Of a stretch of 46,672 nucleotides of DNA, positions 7,348 through 15,738 are shown piece after piece. Under the pieces are notes generated by a model that did not search any database, was not told the DNA's origin, and saw nothing but the letters and a program-made list of their open reading frames with translations. A program made the translations under genes and the position numbers. Positions within the stretch are counted from its first letter, which is position 1, and every line of letters begins with the position of its first letter. The stretch lies in the IMG/VR virus record IMGVR_UViG_3300006046_000003, positions 1 to 46,672 of that record; one strand, 5' to 3'. This stretch comes from a virus. Lineage: Duplodnaviria > Caudoviricetes.

Positions 7348-7480
7348 ATGCACAGAAATATTTTTTGCGTTCTTTGCAACCGAGGTACAGACGTATGGGG
7401 TATACCCATGCACAGATGCGCGCACAGACTGGCACAAGGGCTAGGCAGTGAAATAACATGTCGGATTAAGTAAATGAAAT

Positions 7481-7517
7481 AGAGTCTCATACATAAGATA
7501 AAAGAGTCTCATACATA
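7481..7517 (+). repeat. two 15-bp direct repeats at 22-bp spacing
   Basis: AGAGTCTCATACATA at 7481-7495 and 7503-7517; partial copy AGAGTCTCAT at 7799-7808. Confidence 0.85.
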
Positions 7518-7618
7518 GTATCACCCATACGATGATACAGCCCAACCGTAGCCAGAAATTGTCAGCAAGATTACAACCCCCAAATCACTGGAAACAAACG
7601 ACTTACGGCACGGTCGAG

Positions 7619-7647
7619 TTGACAAAGGCGGCATGGTAGCGTATAAT
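7619..7647 (+). promoter_or_regulatory. perfect-consensus sigma70 promoter at the head of the packaging/structural arm
   Basis: TTGACA-17 bp-TATAAT. Confidence 0.9.
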
Positions 7648-7730
7648 GGCCCCCTCGCTCCGCTCGGTTTAGCTTCAACTCATCACTATATCTTCGCTAC
7701 GCTCAGATTAGATTTACTAAATAGGATATT

Positions 7731-8306
7731 ATGCCTGTAGGATTAGTGTCAGATTCCGATTTCGAGAATGAATTATCTCGATTATCTGGTGTTAAGAAAG
7801 AGTCTCATCCCACTACACCAGAGATAGTGGAGATGGATCAGAAGGGTCGTAAGGAAGGTGATACGAATGTACCAGATGCACTCAGACAAATCATTGGTGA
7901 AGATGCTGTCATCAATGGTCGTCAGTCTGCTCTTGGTATCGCTCGGATGTTCGGTCTTTCTGACTCTTCTGTCTCTGCCTACGCTCAAGGAGCTACTTCT
8001 ACTGCCTCATATCACGAACCTAAGTCATCGATTATAAATCATATCCAGAAATCAAGGGCGCGTGCATCAAAGAAAGCTGGTAAAGTCCTTGACGCGGCAT
8101 TAGGTGCAATCACACAAGAGAAGTTAGATTACACTGATGCAAAGGAATTATCTGGCATAGCAAAAGATATGTCAGTCATCATTCGTAATCTTGACCCTCC
8201 TTCCTCCTCTGATTCCCCAGTTACCACTAATCAGCCCCAGTTTGTAATCTTCGCTCCTCAATTCAGAGATGAGCGGTCATTCGATCACATCACAGTACAA
8301 GAATGA
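7731..8306 (+). CDS. HTH-containing protein, candidate terminase small subunit
   Basis: SALGIARMFGLSDSSVSAY is HTH-like and is followed by helical segments; first gene of the arm, upstream of TerL. Confidence 0.55.
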   Translation: MPVGLVSDSDFENELSRLSGVKKESHPTTPEIVEMDQKGRKEGDTNVPDALRQIIGEDAVINGRQSALGIARMFGLSDSSVSAYAQGATSTASYHEPKSSIINHIQKSRARASKKAGKVLDAALGAITQEKLDYTDAKELSGIAKDMSVIIRNLDPPSSSDSPVTTNQPQFVIFAPQFRDERSFDHITVQE

Positions 8307-8318
8307 AGGGACGAATAG

Positions 8319-8915
8319 ATGCCATCAGTATTGAGACGTGAGACATTCAATCCAACTCTTCTTGAGTCGGAATCTCTCGTCGTAAGTGCAGAACAACAGA
8401 ATCACATCAGAGAGATCCTTGACATAGGAGCCTCAGATAGTCGATTCGCAGCCAAGATGTATGATGCAATCTATCGTGTCTTAACATCTGGTCCAGCCAT
8501 TCCGCCAATTGTTTCCTCACTCTCACCCAATACAGTAGTCATCGGAAGTCCAACATTTGACATTCATGTCATGGGATCAGGCTTCGTAGCTGGTTCAGTG
8601 ATTATGTTTAATGGGATTGAAGAACCTACTACTGTTGTTTCCCCGACTGAGTTAACAACTGGTGTCAATATGCCACTGTGGACAGCAGAGGCAGAAGTTC
8701 CTGTAACAGTATTGAATCCTGATGGGGTACTATCTGATCCTCTTACTTTCTCCTTCACTGCTGCGGCTGCTCAGAGTAACTTCGGGAATACTCCTCCGAC
8801 TACAGATCCGAATCGTGGAATTAAGGGACAGAGAGAACACGAGCGGCATGAATATGAGCAGAAGGAACTGAAGAAAGAAGAAAAGATTCTCTCTCCGAAA
8901 GAGGAGAAGAAGTAA
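8319..8915 (+). CDS. IPT/TIG (Ig-like) domain protein
   Basis: PIVSSLSPNTV...IHVMGSGFVAGSVIMFNG...TTVVSPTELT...VTVLNPDG. Confidence 0.75.
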   Translation: MPSVLRRETFNPTLLESESLVVSAEQQNHIREILDIGASDSRFAAKMYDAIYRVLTSGPAIPPIVSSLSPNTVVIGSPTFDIHVMGSGFVAGSVIMFNGIEEPTTVVSPTELTTGVNMPLWTAEAEVPVTVLNPDGVLSDPLTFSFTAAAAQSNFGNTPPTTDPNRGIKGQREHERHEYEQKELKKEEKILSPKEEKK

Positions 8916-9160
8916 TGCCTACTCAATTAATTCCATTTGGACTTCCAGTCACTATGGTGACTAATCAGGTGTATGCATTACCTACAGTAGTTAAGGCTAC
9001 GGGGTTTTGCTCTGATGCAGCACCAACTATGGAACAATCTAACGATATTACGTTTGCAGTTAAAGCCGCAGTAACATTCACTGCTGGAATTGCTACACTT
9101 GTTGGCTCATTCATTAGAGCAACTACAGGAACTCCAACTATCATTTTGACTAGAGACTAG
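8915..9160 (+). CDS. small beta-rich hypothetical protein, possibly virion-associated
   Basis: TAATG coupling; Thr/Ala/Val-rich. Confidence 0.7.
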   Translation: MPTQLIPFGLPVTMVTNQVYALPTVVKATGFCSDAAPTMEQSNDITFAVKAAVTFTAGIATLVGSFIRATTGTPTIILTRD

Positions 9161-9236
9161 TTCGCTACGCTCACAGAAAGAAGGAGTAGACACGCGCTCC
9201 TTAATGCGTGTCCAATCAGTCAGAAGGAGGGACAAA

Positions 9237-9467
9237 GTGCCCATCGACAAACCGTATGCGTACCATAAGCCATCGTCAGAAGGATTGGAAAAGATCAACA
9301 AACTCAGGGAACATTTCTCAGAAGGTGAGAGACTCATCAGAGAAATCTGTCCCCCTAGTAGACATCAATCAGTTGCTATCACACAGAATGAAACAACGGC
9401 TATGTGGGCAATTAAGGCAGTTGTGTTTAATGATCCGAACTCCGAAGTTGAAAAGAGGGTAGAATAA
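9237..9467 (+). CDS. Acb2/Tad1-like helical-hairpin protein, candidate anti-defence nucleotide sponge (GTG start re-assigned)
   Basis: AGGAGG RBS before GTG at 9237; pattern YAYHKP...LRE...ICPPSRHQSVAITQNETTAMWAIKAV. Confidence 0.55.
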   Translation: MPIDKPYAYHKPSSEGLEKINKLREHFSEGERLIREICPPSRHQSVAITQNETTAMWAIKAVVFNDPNSEVEKRVE

Positions 9468-10168
9468 TGAGTCAATTCATGTTCTATCCCAATCCACTCA
9501 GTTCACGTTGCACACTGAAGACTGATGATGGATTCACTGGTCAGGGTCAACAGGCTACTGATCCTAATGGTCGTCAAGGTCAAGTCATCAATATCATCTC
9601 AGGACATCCATCAGGTCATGGTGCTGAGTTACTGTTAGAAGCTAACGGATTCAATACATTACGCGTGAGGGGATTCCTTGTAATCGATGGCAATACTGCA
9701 CGGTTACAAGTTGATGATTACACACTCACTGAGGTGGCTGCGCCACCAGTAGAACCTCCTCCAACAGAACCAGGAGAAGAGGGACCGGATCCATATGCGA
9801 ATCCATTAGATATCATCAACTATGTCTTCAATTCAACGAATCCTAATCTTGCATCAGGTGCAGGATGTGGATTATTTATTGAAGATGCGTGTGAAGCATT
9901 GCATACGATGATGCATCCTGCTTGGGGTCATATCAAGAAGAACCCCGGACAGAATCAATTCAACGGACACGCAGTCGATGCAATCATGCTCGTAGTTCCA
10001 TCAGGATCAACTGCTCCGGGGATCTATGACATCATTCAGGACTCTGCTAGTCCTAATGCCAAGGTTGTATTCAACTACGTAGAACCACCTAATCCGGACT
10101 TGTGGTACTATCCTGCACTTCCACCTGTAAGTTTGAACAGGTATCTGCGCGGCTTTAGACACAAGTGA
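9467..10168 (+). CDS. two-domain hypothetical protein with Pro/Glu linker, possible cell-wall hydrolase
   Basis: Beta-rich N-domain, PPVEPPPTEPG linker, C-domain with GCGLF...GHAVDAI...YDII. Confidence 0.6.
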   Translation: MSQFMFYPNPLSSRCTLKTDDGFTGQGQQATDPNGRQGQVINIISGHPSGHGAELLLEANGFNTLRVRGFLVIDGNTARLQVDDYTLTEVAAPPVEPPPTEPGEEGPDPYANPLDIINYVFNSTNPNLASGAGCGLFIEDACEALHTMMHPAWGHIKKNPGQNQFNGHAVDAIMLVVPSGSTAPGIYDIIQDSASPNAKVVFNYVEPPNPDLWYYPALPPVSLNRYLRGFRHK

Positions 10169-11811
10169 CTGAACCTCGTTTCATTAGAAATCCTAATGAG
10201 TGGAAGCCGGAACCGAAGCAGGAGATATTCCTCTCGGTTCCCACTTCTATAAAAGAGGCTGTATATGGAGGGGGAGCAGGCTCAGGTAAATCAGACGTAT
10301 TATTGCTCTATGGAATTGTACACAGGTGGCATGAAAATCCATTCTTCAAACAAGTCTTCATGCGACGTACTTTTCCTGAGTTGCGAAACGAGATTATCCC
10401 AAGATCTCGTGAACTTTATAGAAAGTTTGGTGCTACCCTCAATAAGACAGAAATGTGCTGGACATTCCCGCGTCCAGATCAGTATGGCGGTACAGGTGGA
10501 GCCAATGAAGGAGCAATGATCTTCTTAGGTCATTGTGAGAATGAAGACGATGTGCATAAATATGACTCTATGCAGATCAATCTGTATACTCCAGATGAAA
10601 TTACTTCTATCACCGAATGGATATATTTGTACATCGGATTCCAGCGTGTTAGATCCCCCGTGCCAGAATTGCCCGCTATCATACGTGCTGCGGGGATGCC
10701 CGGAGGAATTGGTCATACTTGGGTATATAAACGCTTCATCAAACCGTATCCAAAAGGTGGAGTTATAATTCATGGCAGGGGAGGGAATAAAAGGATATAT
10801 ATTCACTCCACACTTGAAGATAATAAGTACATCGATCCAACCTACAAGCAATCGTTACAGGGAATCACAATCGATGCCGAACGAAAAGCCAAACTGTCGG
10901 GTGATTGGGATGCCTATCAAGGACAAGTCTTCGACGAATTCAGAGACAGAAAATACGAAGACGAATCTGGAAACGCTATTCATGTCATCGATCCTTTTGA
11001 AATTCCCGCATGGTGGCCGCGTATAGTTATCGGCGATTGGGGCTTCGCAGCCATGACATGGATAGGCTATGCGGCGATATCGCCATCGAAGCGCGTGTAT
11101 ATCTATCGTGAACAAACTTGGGTCAAAACTAAGATCGCAGAATGGGCACCCCATGTTAAATTATACATTGATAAGGAAAATCCAAGACTTATTAGATTCT
11201 GTAAAAGTGCCGGGCAAGATCGTGGACAAGAGCATACGATTCAACAGCAGATCTCAGCAGAACTCGACTGTGAAATCGAACTCTCGAATAACTCGCCCGG
11301 CTCGCGTGTTGCCGGTAAAATTCTAATTCACGAATATCTTCGTTGGAAACCTAAGCAGGTTAACGAAGAAGAAATTCCACCATACAATGAAGACTATGCG
11401 ATGTGGATTCTTCGGAATAGAGGAATGAAGGAATACAACTCATACTTGAATTCATTCAATCCAATAGAACCTGAAACTAATCTTCCTAAACTTCAGATAT
11501 TCAAAGATGCCTGCCCAATCTTGGTCGAAGCAATTAAGGCTTGTTCATATGATAAGCCTAAGGGTAATAAGCCGTCAGAAGACATCGCTGAATTTGAGGG
11601 TGATGATCCAATCGATGGACTCAGATATCTTGTTGACGCTGCGGAAGGGTTCTTCGAGGATGCTAGTGCTGAATTTAAGCAAGTACAAAAACAAGAACAT
11701 TTACTTGAACAACTATCTACAAGCAATGACTGGACTGCATATTACCGCAATATGCACAAACTAGAAGTAGACGATGAAGAGATTCGCCCAGTTGCTCGAT
11801 ATAGGCACTAA
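10165..11811 (+). CDS. terL: terminase large subunit
   Basis: Walker A YGGGAGSGKS, Walker B YTPDE, PGGIGHTWV, GDWG nuclease motif and DDPIDGLRY. Confidence 0.95.
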   Translation: MTEPRFIRNPNEWKPEPKQEIFLSVPTSIKEAVYGGGAGSGKSDVLLLYGIVHRWHENPFFKQVFMRRTFPELRNEIIPRSRELYRKFGATLNKTEMCWTFPRPDQYGGTGGANEGAMIFLGHCENEDDVHKYDSMQINLYTPDEITSITEWIYLYIGFQRVRSPVPELPAIIRAAGMPGGIGHTWVYKRFIKPYPKGGVIIHGRGGNKRIYIHSTLEDNKYIDPTYKQSLQGITIDAERKAKLSGDWDAYQGQVFDEFRDRKYEDESGNAIHVIDPFEIPAWWPRIVIGDWGFAAMTWIGYAAISPSKRVYIYREQTWVKTKIAEWAPHVKLYIDKENPRLIRFCKSAGQDRGQEHTIQQQISAELDCEIELSNNSPGSRVAGKILIHEYLRWKPKQVNEEEIPPYNEDYAMWILRNRGMKEYNSYLNSFNPIEPETNLPKLQIFKDACPILVEAIKACSYDKPKGNKPSEDIAEFEGDDPIDGLRYLVDAAEGFFEDASAEFKQVQKQEHLLEQLSTSNDWTAYYRNMHKLEVDDEEIRPVARYRH

Positions 11812-11813
11812 TC

Positions 11814-12146
11814 ATGCTTAGACAATTATTTTATAAGTGGTTCGGGCTATCTGATGTGCCATGTGAAACCTGTGAGGTCTTACGTGAACAGTTGCATAAA
11901 AGCGACGTTGAGCGTAAGGAATTACTCCAGCGTCTCTTGGACAAGGATAAGCCTGAACCACTTATCGCTCCTGTAGACGAGGAAATGAAACCAGTAGTTC
12001 CACCATTCATTCCTTGGCGCGTGAAACAGCAGATGTTAGAAGCTGAAGATCGCAAGGCTGCACAAATAATGAAGGATCGTCAGAAAGAGATTACTGCATT
12101 AGAGAAAGAAATGGGCATTACTCCTGCCACGGAGGAAGTAAGATGA
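11814..12146 (+). CDS. hypothetical coiled-coil protein
   Basis: ORF track; CETC motif; operon packing. Confidence 0.75.
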   Translation: MLRQLFYKWFGLSDVPCETCEVLREQLHKSDVERKELLQRLLDKDKPEPLIAPVDEEMKPVVPPFIPWRVKQQMLEAEDRKAAQIMKDRQKEITALEKEMGITPATEEVR

Positions 12147-12736
12147 GTATTATGCCTACAGGTGGATACAGTGCCGACACTGAAGAGTATCGGCGTAGGA
12201 TTCGTAATGGTGAGGATCCTAATCAACAAGATGGAGGAATTGGCCCATCACCTGAAGTAGTCCAACAGCAACAACAGCCACAGCCACAGATGAATCGTGA
12301 ACAGTGGCGTGATGCGTGGATGGGTGCAGGTCAGATGTCACCAGAAGATGCAGATAAGTGGTTATCATCTCATGGTGCGCAGCAATTAGGTGAGAAGGCG
12401 GGCGTGTGGCGTACTCCCTCTGGAGATGTATTGGATCTTCAGATTGGTAGAGGCGGAGCCAAGGCTACTGGTGGAAAGATTACACCGGGTTGGACTCAAG
12501 TTGGTGGTGGAGGATATGAGCAATCAAGTCCAATGCAACCATCACCTAATGGCATGAATCAGATGATGAATCAGGATCAGCCACAGGAACCTGAGAATAA
12601 TATTCAGAATGAACGTAACTATAGTGGAATGCAACGGAATAGAATGTCACGTAATACACGAGGTGGACTCGGACCATCAATGCAATTCGGCAATAATAAT
12701 GCTAGGTTACAAAATCAAGGTTACTCTCCATCTTAG
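12143..12736 (+). CDS. Gln/Gly/Met-rich, largely disordered protein
   Basis: GGAGG RBS; low complexity with a small Trp-rich core. Confidence 0.75.
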   Translation: MSIMPTGGYSADTEEYRRRIRNGEDPNQQDGGIGPSPEVVQQQQQPQPQMNREQWRDAWMGAGQMSPEDADKWLSSHGAQQLGEKAGVWRTPSGDVLDLQIGRGGAKATGGKITPGWTQVGGGGYEQSSPMQPSPNGMNQMMNQDQPQEPENNIQNERNYSGMQRNRMSRNTRGGLGPSMQFGNNNARLQNQGYSPS

Positions 12737-12754
12737 TTACAGGAAGGTAAGATT

Positions 12755-13345
12755 ATGGGCTTCTGGTCAAAACTCGGAAAAATCGGATTAGCTGCGGCTC
12801 CTTACGTGGCTGCACCTTTTACAGGTGGAGCTAGTCTGATGGCTACAGGAGCCACTAACAAGGCATTAAGTGCGTGGAATCAACATGACGCGCAGAAGAA
12901 TGCAGCTAAAGGACTCGCACCATCTAATTTCGACAGAATTTTAGGTGGAGCCAGTGAGGGTGCTGGAATGGCATCTGATATGGGCGCATTTAGTAAGACT
13001 GGACCACACGCACCGACGGGCGTATTCAGTAAGGGTGGTCAGACTCCATCAAACGTCATGGGTAGCATCAATACTGCAATGGGTAGAATACCTCAAATGC
13101 AGAGTCAACCTCAGATGCAACCTCAGATGCAGGGTGGTGGTGATATGCAGGGTGGATTAGGCCCATCAGCTATTCCACGACCCGGAATGATGCCATCTGA
13201 TAATGAACCATACAGAAGTAAATTCGGTCGGAATTTTGGACCGGATCAGAATAATCCAAACTTAGCTAATTCCATCAATCAAGGTAAGATGGATGCGCGT
13301 CGTAGCGGCGGCATGATGCAGAGACTTCAACGTCAGTATGCATAA
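12755..13345 (+). CDS. Gly/Ala-rich protein, candidate internal virion/pilot protein
   Basis: Amphipathic N-terminus MGFWSKLGKIGLAAAPYVAAPFTGGASL is typical of ejected or pilot proteins. Confidence 0.65.
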   Translation: MGFWSKLGKIGLAAAPYVAAPFTGGASLMATGATNKALSAWNQHDAQKNAAKGLAPSNFDRILGGASEGAGMASDMGAFSKTGPHAPTGVFSKGGQTPSNVMGSINTAMGRIPQMQSQPQMQPQMQGGGDMQGGLGPSAIPRPGMMPSDNEPYRSKFGRNFGPDQNNPNLANSINQGKMDARRSGGMMQRLQRQYA

Positions 13346-15738
13346 TGGCTAAAGAATTATCAGACGAAACTAAAAGACTCCTCAAACTTATCGTTGATCA
13401 TTGTGACGATGAGGATAGAGGTGTGCGTGATCGTCAGATACGCCAATGGCGTAGACTGAAGTTAATGTGGGAGAACATCCAACACACGTATTACTCGGAG
13501 GTGGCGCATGACTGGCGCACACCAGAATCAGAGAGATCTGGTGGAGATGGAGATCAAGGGAATTACGATAAACCTGTCAACGTCTATCGCGCATATCTTG
13601 AATCTATTATCGCTGCTCTCAGCGTTACTGTTCCTCCTATTACTTGTTATCCTGATGACGCGGATAACCCCTTGGATGTTAGTACAGCTAAGGCAGGTAA
13701 TAAGATTGCTTCACTTATCTTTAAGCACAATGACGCACCTCTTCTCTGGTTACATGCATTATTTGTTTTCGTAACTGAGGGAATGACGGCGTGTTATACA
13801 TACGCTAAGGAAGATGAAGAATACGGAACATACAAGGAAAACGAATACAAGGAAGAATTAGAATCTCACGACATTACTAATTGCCCATATTGTCAGGCAC
13901 AGATGAGTGATACACTCACTCCTCCGATGACTGATCCTATGATGCAACAGATGGATCCGTCCATGATGATGGGTCCAGATCAGGGAATGATGCCTCCACA
14001 AGAGGAGGTAACAGATGAATTCTTACCAGAGGGACCACAGGAATGTCCTAGTTGTGGACAGATGGTTGTTCCTGTAAAATCACAGGAATCATTAACCGTA
14101 ACTAGATTAGTCGGTGTTACGTCGAAGCCGAAGTCGCGCGTGTGCATGGAGGTATACGGTGGTCTTTTCGTCAAAGTTCCGGTATGGGCTAGAAATCAGT
14201 CTGATTGCAATTATCTTATATATTCCTATGAAACGCATTATGCAAATGTACTTGAGCAATACCCCGAACTCCGAGAAAAACTCGTCGCAGGAAAATCAAC
14301 CTACGACCTCTACGAACAGTGGGGAAGAACTTCTCCTCAATACCGCGGGGAGCATCCGATAAACAATGCGACGGTTCGTAATGCATGGTTACGACCTGCA
14401 ATATTTAATATTCTAAGTGAAGACGAATCAGACTCGTTACACAAAGAATTTCCTGACGGCGTAAAAGTGGTGGTTGTCAATGATTTCGTTGCGGACGCGT
14501 GTAACGAACCTCTTGATGATAGTTGGACACTTACTTATAATCCCCTTTCAGATTATATTCATTTCGATCCAATTGGTCTACTTCTCACTTCGGTACAGGA
14601 TATCACTAACGATATTATTTCGCTCGTTGTTCAAACAATTGAGCATGGAATTCCTCAGACGTTCGCTGATCCCAAGGTTCTTAACTTCAAGGCGTATCGC
14701 GAATCAGAGGCTCTCGTCGGTGGAATCTTCCCCGCTAGTCCAAAGAGTGGAAAAGCGATGGGAGATGCATTCTACGAAGTTAAAACAGCCACTTTAAGTC
14801 AGGAAGTATTACCATTTGCCCAGAAAGTTCAGGAAATTGGACAGATGGTATCCGGTGCTCTGCCATCTTTATTCGGTGGTCAGATGTCAGGCTCACGTAC
14901 TGCGAGTGAATACAGTATGAGCCGTGCTCAGGCACTTCAAAGATTACAGAGCACATGGAAAATGCTCCTGATGTGGTGGAAAAACGTCAATGGTAAGGCT
15001 ATCCCCCTCTTCATCAAGGAAATGAAAGATGATGAGAAGCAAGTTAAGAAGGACGAATTCGGAAATTTCGTCAATGTTTTCATTCGTCGTTCTGAACTTG
15101 AAGGTAAAATCGGTAGTGTTGAGCTGGAAGCTAACGAAAATCTTCCAATGACATGGAATCAGCAGAAAGATGCTATCATGGAGTTGTTCAAGATGAACAA
15201 TGACACGATCACGGCATCCTTGACGACTGCTGAAAACATGCCATATATTAAACAGTCCATTGGACTGAATGATTACGTTATTCCGGGTGAGGATGATAGA
15301 CAAAAACAGTATGAAGAAATTCAACTGTTGACTAATAGCGAACCTATTCAGATGCCGCCTGATCCTATGGCAATGCAACAGGCACAGATGATGGGTGGAC
15401 CGTCTCCTCAACCCCAGAATATGCCTAGTATTATGCCGGAATACGATGTGGACAATCATCCACTCGAATCCGATATCTGTCGTAGATGGTTAGTGAGTGA
15501 TGCTGGTAGACTTTGTAAGTTAGAGAATCCAGCAGGCTACGAGAATGTTCTACTCCATATGAAGATGCATCTGGATATGGATAAACAGAAGATGATGGAA
15601 CAACAGATGGATCAGATGCAGGCACAAATGGCTGTAATGCCTCCTCCAACCGGAGATGGAGCAAATAATCCGAAATCTCCTCAGCCCAATGCAGGAGTTC
15701 AAATGGGAGTAGGACAGAATGCGCCAACTATTCAATAA
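13345..15738 (+). CDS. portal protein with a Zn-ribbon insertion
   Basis: 797 aa between TerL and scaffold/MCP; P22-like features (SRTASEYSM, Gln/Met/Pro-rich C-tail); CPYC...CPSC. Confidence 0.85.
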   Translation: MAKELSDETKRLLKLIVDHCDDEDRGVRDRQIRQWRRLKLMWENIQHTYYSEVAHDWRTPESERSGGDGDQGNYDKPVNVYRAYLESIIAALSVTVPPITCYPDDADNPLDVSTAKAGNKIASLIFKHNDAPLLWLHALFVFVTEGMTACYTYAKEDEEYGTYKENEYKEELESHDITNCPYCQAQMSDTLTPPMTDPMMQQMDPSMMMGPDQGMMPPQEEVTDEFLPEGPQECPSCGQMVVPVKSQESLTVTRLVGVTSKPKSRVCMEVYGGLFVKVPVWARNQSDCNYLIYSYETHYANVLEQYPELREKLVAGKSTYDLYEQWGRTSPQYRGEHPINNATVRNAWLRPAIFNILSEDESDSLHKEFPDGVKVVVVNDFVADACNEPLDDSWTLTYNPLSDYIHFDPIGLLLTSVQDITNDIISLVVQTIEHGIPQTFADPKVLNFKAYRESEALVGGIFPASPKSGKAMGDAFYEVKTATLSQEVLPFAQKVQEIGQMVSGALPSLFGGQMSGSRTASEYSMSRAQALQRLQSTWKMLLMWWKNVNGKAIPLFIKEMKDDEKQVKKDEFGNFVNVFIRRSELEGKIGSVELEANENLPMTWNQQKDAIMELFKMNNDTITASLTTAENMPYIKQSIGLNDYVIPGEDDRQKQYEEIQLLTNSEPIQMPPDPMAMQQAQMMGGPSPQPQNMPSIMPEYDVDNHPLESDICRRWLVSDAGRLCKLENPAGYENVLLHMKMHLDMDKQKMMEQQMDQMQAQMAVMPPPTGDGANNPKSPQPNAGVQMGVGQNAPTIQ

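Larger units (their letters stand above)
5526..7428 (+). repeat. dispersed direct repeats with a GCGCACAG(CTA) core
   Basis: ATAGGCGCACAGCTA exact at 5526-5540 and 6166-6180; GCGCACAGCT at 6085 and 6146; ATGCACAGA at 7348 and 7408; GCGCACAGA at 7420. Confidence 0.85.

Noticed and set aside
7481-7517. Mini CRISPR array
   Set aside because: The repeats are 15 bp with a 7-bp gap, far from CRISPR dimensions.
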